The position numbers and the translations under genes are program-made. 64,000 nt of DNA, from positions 21,523-85,522 of the forward strand of contig DYOA01000004.1 in NCBI GenBank assembly GCA_020720785.1. The letters are read 5' to 3'. The notes below the pieces were generated by a model. The model was not told where the DNA came from. It made no database searches and was given only the letters and a program-made list of their open reading frames with translations. The stretch comes from Leptospira biflexa. Its GTDB lineage: Bacteria > Spirochaetota > Leptospiria > Turneriellales > DYLW01. Below are positions 57,186 through 64,000 of the stretch, one piece after another (positions within the stretch are counted from its first letter, which is position 1; the number at the start of each line of letters is the position of its first letter).

Positions 57186-57401
57186 ATGTCAAAAGTAGTG
57201 AGCGTAAACAAAGACGATTGTACAAGTTGTAATCTGTGCGTGGACACGGTTCCCAAATATTTCCGTTTGGATGCGGATGATTTGGCAGAAAGCCATAACG
57301 ACGGTGGAGATGTGAATGCAGCAGCCGTAGCGGACGGGGACATTTCCTCCGTACAGGAAGCCATTGATTCCTGTCCTGCTGAATGTATTGTCTGGAAGTA
57401 A
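57186..57401 (+). CDS. small single-cluster ferredoxin
   Basis: The 71-aa ORF has 'CTSCNLC' and a distal 'CPAECI'. AGGAGA lies 6 nt upstream of the ATG. Confidence 0.85.
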   Translation: MSKVVSVNKDDCTSCNLCVDTVPKYFRLDADDLAESHNDGGDVNAAAVADGDISSVQEAIDSCPAECIVWK

Positions 57402-57409
57402 TTCTGTGA

Positions 57410-57436
57410 AAACCGGCCTCGTGCCGGTTTTTTTTA
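57410..57436. terminator. bidirectional rho-independent terminator between convergent ferredoxin and cNMP-binding genes
   Basis: The stem ACCGGC (57413-57418) pairs with GCCGGT (57424-57429) around a 5-nt loop. It is flanked by AAA on the 5' side and T7 on the 3' side. Confidence 0.7.
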
Positions 57437-58069
57437 TATAATCTCCATATAACTGAATATTTCTGGTTTGAATGTGATGTAGATAACGTTGCTGTGATCT
57501 TTTTGTACATTCAAAAGATTTTTATTCTTCAATTCCAGAATGGTATGGTTTGCGTCTTTTTTATCAATTCCGGCGTTCTGGAAAATATGGTCCAGAAAAT
57601 TCAGATAATTAATAATCAGAAAATCGTTTTCCTTTTGCTTTTTTCCCTCTCGTTGCCAGAACAAAGCCAGCTCTTTGAGAAGACGGGTCTCCTTACTGAA
57701 CGATAACAGCTCTCCAATTTTTTGATCCGCCCGGTAGAGCCTTTCTGACATGGTTTTGATCATAGTCAGGGCAAAATCCTGGTTTTGTTCAATCATAAAA
57801 TGGAATGAGGTTTTCTTAAAAGTGAGAATTTCAGATTTTTCCATCACGGTAGCAGTGGCCGATCTTTTTTTATCCGTGAACATGGACATTTCCCCAAAGA
57901 AATCCCCTGCCTTTAAGGTAGCCAGAATGGTTTCCGCGTTTTTTGCCTTTTTGCTGATTTTCACCGAACCAGTCTGGATGATAAAAAGCTCATCCCCTTC
58001 ATCCCCTTCGCGGAATAAAACCATTCCAGCCTGGTATATGCCACCAAACTTCTTATTGAGATCCTGCAT
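57434..58069 (-). CDS. cyclic-nucleotide-binding domain protein (Crp/Fnr-like)
   Basis: The 211-aa ORF has the cNMP-binding pattern 'FREGDEGDELFIIQTGSVKI' and 'GDFFGEMSMF...RSATA'. The C-terminal half is only weakly HTH-like. Confidence 0.82.
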   Translation of the reverse strand: MQDLNKKFGGIYQAGMVLFREGDEGDELFIIQTGSVKISKKAKNAETILATLKAGDFFGEMSMFTDKKRSATATVMEKSEILTFKKTSFHFMIEQNQDFALTMIKTMSERLYRADQKIGELLSFSKETRLLKELALFWQREGKKQKENDFLIINYLNFLDHIFQNAGIDKKDANHTILELKNKNLLNVQKDHSNVIYITFKPEIFSYMEII

Positions 58070-58072
58070 GGT

Positions 58073-58411
58073 CTAACCCGGTGGCCAGCCAATCCTTCTT
58101 CCGCCCAGTAAATGGAAATGAAGATGACCCACAGACTGGCCTCCGTTTTCTCCAATGTTGTTCACAATCCGGTAACCTTCCCCATCGATTTTTTCCTGAC
58201 GGGCAATTTCCTTAGCCGCCAGAAGAATCTGACCCAGAAGCTGCGGATCTTCCGCTTCATTCAAGGACGGAATATGGTTTTTGGGTATTATCAGAATATG
58301 GGTGGGAGCCACCGGGGCAATATCCCGGAACGCAAGGATTGTCTCACTCTCCCAGACAATATCCGCCGGTATTTCCTTTCTGGCAATACGGCAAAATAAA
58401 CATTCCTGCAT
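58073..58411 (-). CDS. HIT-family (histidine triad) nucleotide hydrolase
   Basis: It has 'CLFCRIARKEIPA' and the triad 'HLHFHLLGG'. The track ORF starts at a TTG at 58444. The ATG at 58411 gives the canonical N-terminus. Confidence 0.88.
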   Translation of the reverse strand: MQECLFCRIARKEIPADIVWESETILAFRDIAPVAPTHILIIPKNHIPSLNEAEDPQLLGQILLAAKEIARQEKIDGEGYRIVNNIGENGGQSVGHLHFHLLGGRRIGWPPG

Positions 58412-58469
58412 GGGGCATTCTCTTCGATGAGAGACGCCCGGCAACTATTTTTTGGATTTGTCGACCCCC

Positions 58470-59375
58470 CTACTTTCCCAATATATCAGAAAGGGCTTCC
58501 TCCAGATGCGGAAACTGAAAAGTAAACCCATCCTGCAGAAGATGCTCCGGAAGAACAAACTGATCCGCCAGTAAAAGTTCCTTTCCCATTTCTCCCAGAA
58601 AGGTTTTTGCCACAAATTCCGGAAACGGAAGAAAGCTGGGACGGTGCAGGATTTTTCCAATGGCGGTGGCAATCTCCCGGGAGTTTGCGGGGTTGGGGGC
58701 AGTCAGATTATAGATTCCGGAAGACTTTTTATTCTCCATCAGGAACAGGATCCCATCCCTTACATCATCAACATGAATCCAGGAAATATACTGCTTCCCT
58801 GAACCAAAAGGCCCGCCCGCGAAAAAACGGTAGGGAAGAATCATTTTGGAAAGCATACCACCGTCTTTCCCCAATACCCCGCCAATGCGCAGGATTACTT
58901 TTCTTGTTTTGGGGACGGTTTTTTCCGTGGCTTTTTCCCAGGCATCACAGACCATGGCCAGGAACCCCTCCCCACGGGCAGATTTTTCTGTGAAGAGGGT
59001 TCCCGGGGAAGACCCATAGTATCCCACTGCGGAGGAGGAAAGAAAAACCTCCGGCTTTCCGGAGGAATGCGCAATGGAATTTGCCAGAAACGTGGTCATT
59101 TTTACGCGGGAATCCAAAATCTTTTTCTTTTTTTCCGCGTTCCAGTATCCGGAGGCAATACTTTCTCCGGACAGATTAATCACCGCATAAAAATCGGATA
59201 AATCCATATAAGGATTTTCCGGTTCCCAGGCCATGGCCTCAATCCTGGAACCCAGGAAGGATTTTGCTTTGTACGGATTTCTGGATAATACGGTGACGGA
59301 ATATTTCTCCGTCAGTTTTTCCACCAAACGCATCCCAATGAAGCCTGTGGCCCCGGCAATGAACACTTTTTTCAT
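58470..59375 (-). CDS. TIGR01777-family NAD-dependent epimerase/dehydratase (SDR with DUF1731 C-terminus)
   Basis: The 301-aa ORF has 'KVFIAGATGFIG', 'VINLSGE', and a conserved C-terminal 'PEHLLQDGFTFQFP'. Confidence 0.83.
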   Translation of the reverse strand: MKKVFIAGATGFIGMRLVEKLTEKYSVTVLSRNPYKAKSFLGSRIEAMAWEPENPYMDLSDFYAVINLSGESIASGYWNAEKKKKILDSRVKMTTFLANSIAHSSGKPEVFLSSSAVGYYGSSPGTLFTEKSARGEGFLAMVCDAWEKATEKTVPKTRKVILRIGGVLGKDGGMLSKMILPYRFFAGGPFGSGKQYISWIHVDDVRDGILFLMENKKSSGIYNLTAPNPANSREIATAIGKILHRPSFLPFPEFVAKTFLGEMGKELLLADQFVLPEHLLQDGFTFQFPHLEEALSDILGK

Positions 59376-59424
59376 ACGAACAATTTAGCTTTTAAAACAC
59401 CCAGCGTCTAATAATAACCGGCAT

Positions 59425-59790
59425 TTACAGATTTGTGGTCTTCTTTTCCGCTTCTTTTTCTGCTTCTCTGGCTTCTCTCTCCAGGTCTTTCATTCCAGGA
59501 AAATTTTCCGATTGCTCAAAGCCTTCATCGAACATTTTTTCCACATCATGCACTTTCCCATCAGGGAAGGCAATCCAGAAAAATGCTGCCAGGGCAATCG
59601 CAGAAACAGAATCCATAATCCCAGCAATCACCAGTATCCGGTTTTTCTTCTCATTTCCCAGAGAAACCATGCTACCCAGCAATCCGGTTGCCCCCAGAAC
59701 CATACCAACCACCAGCAGCACCTTCATCTGCATCACATACCCCATTACGGAAACAGCAAGGGCAAGACCGCCCAAGATAATAGATTTCAT
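59425..59790 (-). CDS. small hypothetical membrane protein (3 TM, acidic tail)
   Basis: The 121-aa ORF has a strong AAGGAGG 4-5 nt upstream of its ATG. Confidence 0.7.
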   Translation of the reverse strand: MKSIILGGLALAVSVMGYVMQMKVLLVVGMVLGATGLLGSMVSLGNEKKNRILVIAGIMDSVSAIALAAFFWIAFPDGKVHDVEKMFDEGFEQSENFPGMKDLEREAREAEKEAEKKTTNL

Positions 59791-59816
59791 AGTACCTCCT
59801 TAATGATAATAATAAT

Positions 59817-61202
59817 TCATGTATTGGCACCCGCCCAGTTTTCCTGACAATTCTCAAACCGGGTGGTTTCTTCCATCAGGGAATCCATCAAGGTATCCAG
59901 CCTCTCGATTGCCCGGTCGATGGTTTGCTTCCGGACAATCAGCGGAGGAGCCAGCCGCAGAACGTTATTCCCAGCCCGGCCAATGACCAGATTCTTCTCC
60001 AATGCCTTTTTTACCACGTTCCGGGCTTCCATTCTCTCCGGCAGGACAATGCCAATCAAAAGCCCCATTCCCCGGATATTCCGGATGATTTCCGGATATT
60101 TTTTTGCCAGCTTTTGGAGTTCTCCCATCAAATACTGCGACATTTCTGCCACATTCTCCAGAATTTTTCCGGATTCTATGGTACGGATGACTTCATAGCC
60201 CACGGCGGTTCCCAGATGATTCCCCCCAAACGTACTGCCATGGGCACCGGAACCCAGTACCTTTGTGAATTTTTCTGCTACCACTGCCGCACCAATGGGA
60301 AACCCTCCTCCCAGGCCTTTTGCAATGGTGAGCATATCCGGAACAATCCCATAATGCTGGTAGGTAAAATATTTTCCTGTGCGCCCCATCCCGGTCTGGA
60401 TTTCATCCAGAGTAAACATGGCATTGAATTCATCCGCAATGTCCCGGGCAAGCTGGAGGTATTCCCGATCCAGCGGAAGTATGCCCCCTTCCCCCTGTAT
60501 GGGTTCCATGATAATGCCACACACTCTGGAATCTACTGCGGCCATCAGGTAATCCTTATCATTGGCTTCAATATAGATCATTTCCGGAACAATGGGACCA
60601 AAGCCATCATGGATCTTCCCCTGGCCGGTCATGGACATGGCACCAAAGGTTCTTCCATGAAAACTGTTTTCCAAGGCCACAATTCTGTTTTTTTGGGGAT
60701 CCACAGACTGCCCGTGAGCCCGCATGATTTTCAATGCGGCTTCATTGGCCTCCGTACCGCTATTGGCAAAAAATACCTTTCCGGGAAATGTGATCTCCAC
60801 CAGAGCTCTGGCAAGCATGGCCTGGTTCTGGGAAAAAAATATATTGGAGGTATGCCACAGACGGTCTGCCTGGGATGCGAGAGTTTCAATCAAATCCGGG
60901 TGGGAATGTCCCAAGGAGTTCACGGCAATACCGGAAAGAAAATCAATATACTCTATACCTTCTGTATCATAAAGGAATTCTCCGGAGCCATACTGGAACG
61001 CAACTGGCATCCTTGCATACACAGGAAGAACATATTTTTCATCCAGCTTGCGGATCTCCTCAAAGGACATGGGCTGGGATGGGTCATAATCACTATGGAC
61101 ATGGGTATGTTCCTCGCTGTCCTTCTCATAGGATTCCAGCACAAACTCATTATCTTTTTCCAGACTTTTATCTTCACTGGGTGTCCAGACATCGTTACTC
61201 AT
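59817..61202 (-). CDS. argD: acetylornithine aminotransferase (class III PLP aminotransferase) with acidic N-terminal extension
   Basis: It has 'GSGEFLYDTEGIEYIDFLSGIAVNSLGH', 'DEIQTGMGRTGK' and 'LTIAKGLGGGFP'. An alternative start is the ATG at 61070. Confidence 0.9.
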   Translation of the reverse strand: MSNDVWTPSEDKSLEKDNEFVLESYEKDSEEHTHVHSDYDPSQPMSFEEIRKLDEKYVLPVYARMPVAFQYGSGEFLYDTEGIEYIDFLSGIAVNSLGHSHPDLIETLASQADRLWHTSNIFFSQNQAMLARALVEITFPGKVFFANSGTEANEAALKIMRAHGQSVDPQKNRIVALENSFHGRTFGAMSMTGQGKIHDGFGPIVPEMIYIEANDKDYLMAAVDSRVCGIIMEPIQGEGGILPLDREYLQLARDIADEFNAMFTLDEIQTGMGRTGKYFTYQHYGIVPDMLTIAKGLGGGFPIGAAVVAEKFTKVLGSGAHGSTFGGNHLGTAVGYEVIRTIESGKILENVAEMSQYLMGELQKLAKKYPEIIRNIRGMGLLIGIVLPERMEARNVVKKALEKNLVIGRAGNNVLRLAPPLIVRKQTIDRAIERLDTLMDSLMEETTRFENCQENWAGANT

Positions 61203-61245
61203 AAGAAAATATTAAAACCGGAGTTCGCCTGACAAGGCTTTTATT

Positions 61246-63294
61246 TCATTTGATTTTTGACTGAAGATATTTTATGGCTGTGAGCATGATGTAATCCCGG
61301 AATGCTTTTTTGTTGGTTATATCCGCGTATTTGGCGGAGACAGACATGGACATGGCCATATTGGAAAGCTCTCTCTGGATAAACTGGGTGGAAACTGCAC
61401 GGGACTTCATGAGAATCTTGAAATTATCCGCTGATCGTTTTTCAATGGCCTTATCCACTTTATCTCTGACAATTTCCCTCACTTCTCCTATTTTCTGGTT
61501 CCACTCCGCTTCCAGAGAAGATAATGAGGCCTTGCTATTGGAGGAGGGCTGGATGGTGTTCTGGATAACCTGGAGAAATTCAGAAATTTCTTTTTTCCTT
61601 TTGGATGAGGAATCCTCTTTTACCTCTGCATCCGGAGAGGACATCGCATTTCCGCCACCCTCTCCGGCTTCTTCCGGCAATTCGGTGGTAACGGACGGAC
61701 TGAACAAACTCACCAAAAATAACAGGACACGCGTGAGAAAAAAGCGGTATACCGCCGGCTGTGCCCCGTAAGCACTGCGGTACAGATTCAGCCGATCCAG
61801 CTCCAGAATCTGGTACGTGGGACGCAGGATTTGATTCTTTCCGGGAACAAAATAGATATCCATGATGGACTTCCCTTCTTTGATTTCCATACCCTGGCTC
61901 TCCATTATGGCGTTATAAATGATAGGGGAATTATCCAAATATGTCCGGAGTACTTTGAATTTTTTTTCCAGAATTTTCAGGATGGTATCATCAAAGGCCA
62001 GATCATTACTCATTTCTGATTCGGTGCGAAATTCCACAAAACGGTTTTTCCAGCGGTTCTTTAATTGGGAGGATATTTCCAGTGAGGCATCCAGCCGCAT
62101 GTTTTCCAAAACATTCAGAATGTTTTCCCGGGTCACCAGAAACACTGTCCCATCCAGAGAGACCAGCTTAATCAAGGGAGGCAGGAGTCCGGAAGAATTT
62201 TCCCCATCGCTGAACACGGAATACTCATGGATGACCTCATCAATCAAATCCGCAAACTGGTTGGGGGAATAATTTTTTCCAAATTCCGCAGTATCTGTCT
62301 TTTTTCCATGGAGACTCCCATCCCTTAATTCCTGTAATTCTTTGGCTGTAATGGTCCCATCCAGATTTTTTATTGTATTCAGGATGGTTTTTTTATCATT
62401 TTTTTTATTTTCTTCCTGTTCTTTTTCTTTGCCCTCATTCTGCTCCGCTTCTTTGTAATATTTCAATAAATAGATGGCAGTATGGGGCTGTTTGACCTTT
62501 TCATCATCGCGGTCATTTTTAAGAACACTCAAAATGGTCTCAATGGCATGAATGAAGAAAGCCGGATTCTCTCTTTCTTCCTGATAGAAAATCTTTTTTA
62601 CTCTTTCCGCGTCGATGGTTTTTTCCGGTAAAATTCCTTTCAGAAGACGGGCCACATCCTCCAGAGCTTTTGTTTTTTGCCCCGGATACAGATAAAACCC
62701 GATTTTTCTTAATACAATGGGCAGGAGGCTGTATAAAAAATCCGGAGGGACCAGAACATGAGACGAGGTTTCTGCAATGTTTATTCTCACTATTTTCCTG
62801 GTCTCATAGGCCTCTTCCAGCCTCATTCTGGAAATATCCGATGCCGGGAGATTAAAAATATTTGCCATGGGGATTTTTAAGGGAAAATTACTCTCATCCG
62901 GAAATGGCATTGCTGGTTCCTTCTGGAGTTTCTGGTAGTATTCATTGAGCATATTTTTTTCTGACTCCAGAAATTCCACGGTTTTGAGCGTTTCTCCCTC
63001 ATAGACCACATCACACATTTTCCGTTTCTGCAGATAACCCAGCACATTGCCCAGTGCCCTCCGGATATTCTGGGCATGCCGGAAATTGGAATAATTATTA
63101 TCGTCCGCCCATTTTGTCAGAGCATTGATGAAATTCTCCACTTTTACTTTGGGTTCTTCTTTCTGCTCCACATATTTGAATAACCGGGTCACCAGCAGGA
63201 CATTATTTCTGTCCGTAATTCCCAGGTTTGCCAGCATATCTGTAACCTGCTCATTGCTGAATTTGATATAATATGGTATATTCGCGGATCCCAC
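61246..63294 (-). CDS. large hypothetical protein (682 aa), no recognisable domain
   Basis: It is a long uninterrupted ORF with ordinary composition. It has one hydrophobic segment, 'VYRFFLTRVLLFLVSLFSP', and a Glu/Lys-rich low-complexity insert. The start codon is uncertain (GTG at 63294). Confidence 0.65.
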   Translation of the reverse strand: MGSANIPYYIKFSNEQVTDMLANLGITDRNNVLLVTRLFKYVEQKEEPKVKVENFINALTKWADDNNYSNFRHAQNIRRALGNVLGYLQKRKMCDVVYEGETLKTVEFLESEKNMLNEYYQKLQKEPAMPFPDESNFPLKIPMANIFNLPASDISRMRLEEAYETRKIVRINIAETSSHVLVPPDFLYSLLPIVLRKIGFYLYPGQKTKALEDVARLLKGILPEKTIDAERVKKIFYQEERENPAFFIHAIETILSVLKNDRDDEKVKQPHTAIYLLKYYKEAEQNEGKEKEQEENKKNDKKTILNTIKNLDGTITAKELQELRDGSLHGKKTDTAEFGKNYSPNQFADLIDEVIHEYSVFSDGENSSGLLPPLIKLVSLDGTVFLVTRENILNVLENMRLDASLEISSQLKNRWKNRFVEFRTESEMSNDLAFDDTILKILEKKFKVLRTYLDNSPIIYNAIMESQGMEIKEGKSIMDIYFVPGKNQILRPTYQILELDRLNLYRSAYGAQPAVYRFFLTRVLLFLVSLFSPSVTTELPEEAGEGGGNAMSSPDAEVKEDSSSKRKKEISEFLQVIQNTIQPSSNSKASLSSLEAEWNQKIGEVREIVRDKVDKAIEKRSADNFKILMKSRAVSTQFIQRELSNMAMSMSVSAKYADITNKKAFRDYIMLTAIKYLQSKIK

Positions 63295-63488
63295 AAGTCA
63301 AAGTATAAAATAAAATCACCTTATCAAACCATTTATTCCCATTTATCCACCGAATATCCTTATAATACAGATTAAATTAACTATTTTTTCCAAAAACTGA
63401 TTTTTTTTAAAGGAAATTCTTATTTACGGGAAAAAATGAACAATATTTTTTCATATATAAGTAAAACTATAATAAAGCGAGGATAAAA

Positions 63489-63848
63489 ATGGAAAACAAA
63501 ATAATGTTGCATGTACGCCTGGTGGCCTGTGCCAACCATAAACTGAGGACAATGGATCCGACGAATATGAATCTGTCTGTGGATTTATTTCTGGACGCAT
63601 TGGAGAGCGGAAAGCTTACTTCTTTTCTCACCACTCCCGGATATACAATTCTGGCCGGCGGGAAAAAAATTGCGAAAATCCCTTTTGTCTCCGGTCAGAA
63701 TTACAAAAACACTGTCCGGATTCAACTGGCCATTTTTCAGAGAATGCGTAAATTCATTTCCCATGGTTTTCAGGTTTCCTGGATCATACAGGAATCCATA
63801 TACTACCACACAAAGTATCTGGAAAACGCCCAAACCCGGGCGGCATAG
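63489..63848 (+). CDS. hypothetical protein (119 aa)
   Basis: GAGGA lies 5 nt upstream of the ATG. No motif is recognised. Confidence 0.55.
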   Translation: MENKIMLHVRLVACANHKLRTMDPTNMNLSVDLFLDALESGKLTSFLTTPGYTILAGGKKIAKIPFVSGQNYKNTVRIQLAIFQRMRKFISHGFQVSWIIQESIYYHTKYLENAQTRAA

Positions 63849-63857
63849 GTAAAAAAA

Positions 63858-63899
63858 ACCGGATGTTCATCCGATACTTATGTATGGCTAACATCCGGT
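63858..63899 (+). other. perfect 10-bp inverted repeat ACCGGATGTT...AACATCCGGT (22-nt loop) spanning the next gene's possible start codons
   Basis: Read directly from the sequence. The left arm can also pair locally (CGGATG/CATCCG, 63860-63873). A T-rich stretch follows at 63905-63913. Confidence 0.45.
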
Positions 63900-64000
63900 A
63901 CCGTTATATTTTTGACAATATTTCCAATGAAAAAACAGGTAAGAAAATCTTTGATGTGGAACTGGATGAAATTACATTATCCTTTATCCCCAATCTCACC
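63863..64000 (+). CDS. hypothetical protein, 5' part (runs off the window)
   Basis: An open frame runs from the ATG at 63863 (or 63884) to the window end: '...MANIRYRYIFDNISNEKTGKKIFDVELDEITLSFIPNLT'. It is too short for the ORF track, and its composition is protein-like. Confidence 0.35.
   Translation, partial: MFIRYLCMANIRYRYIFDNISNEKTGKKIFDVELDEITLSFIPNLT

Noticed and set aside
59925-61232. A 435-aa ORF on the + strand covering almost the whole argD gene.
   Set aside because: It lies in the codon-aligned antisense frame, with its third codon positions opposite argD first positions. That frame stays open whenever the sense gene avoids TTA, CTA and TCA codons. The product is rich in His, Gly, Phe and Ile with no motifs, whereas the minus-strand product is an unmistakable class III aminotransferase. 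I treat it as a shadow ORF.
1-64000. A search for CRISPR arrays, tRNA/rRNA genes, IS elements, integrases, toxin-antitoxin pairs and known defence genes.
   Set aside because: I found no regularly spaced repeats, no cloverleaf-capable conserved tRNA boxes in the few intergenic gaps, and no transposase, recombinase, nuclease or ATPase defence-like ORFs. All intergenic gaps are at most ~315 bp.

Overview
This is a gene-dense 64-kb bacterial chromosomal segment with about 58 supported CDS on both strands and roughly 40-45% GC by eye. Many adjacent genes overlap by 1-23 nt at stop/start junctions, and several convergent gene pairs overlap at their 3' ends. I found no rRNA, tRNA, CRISPR array, transposase, integrase or recognisable defence gene. 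It therefore looks like core chromosome of a flagellated bacterium. The lineage cannot be fixed from the sequence alone: the mix of many GAF/PP2C/STAS/HD-GYP signalling proteins with an isolated fliG paralogue is spirochaete-like, but this is unproven. Housekeeping genes include queH, argG, an msbA-like gene, tal/fsa, prmA, trkAH, leuCD, cca, serC, a ccmC-like gene, mfd, trmL, a ferredoxin gene and argD. They are interleaved with unusually dense signal-transduction operons. (1) 4341-15185 is a translationally coupled chemosensory operon: CZB-MCP, PAS-MCP, CheA-REC, CheW, CheB and CheR. It has no stand-alone CheY and ends in a receiver-class III adenylate cyclase-TPR protein. (2) 30358-36166 is a minus-strand operon, fliD / GAF-GAF-PP2C phosphatase / STAS antagonist / fliG paralogue. 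(3) 36481-43265 is transcribed divergently from (2) and encodes a secreted protein, a PP2C-TPR phosphatase, MscS, FapA and a small charged protein. The 314-bp region shared by (2) and (3) carries a sigma-28-type -10 box, a 15-bp palindrome, three 13-bp tandem repeats and a 43-nt hairpin. These three operons are my best candidates for an undescribed system: chemoreceptor-to-cAMP signalling and partner-switching control embedded in flagellar genes. All functional links are inference from domain motifs and gene order. The last ~2.8 kb (61246-64000) holds unrecognisable genes around an AT-rich spacer and may be the edge of an accessory region.
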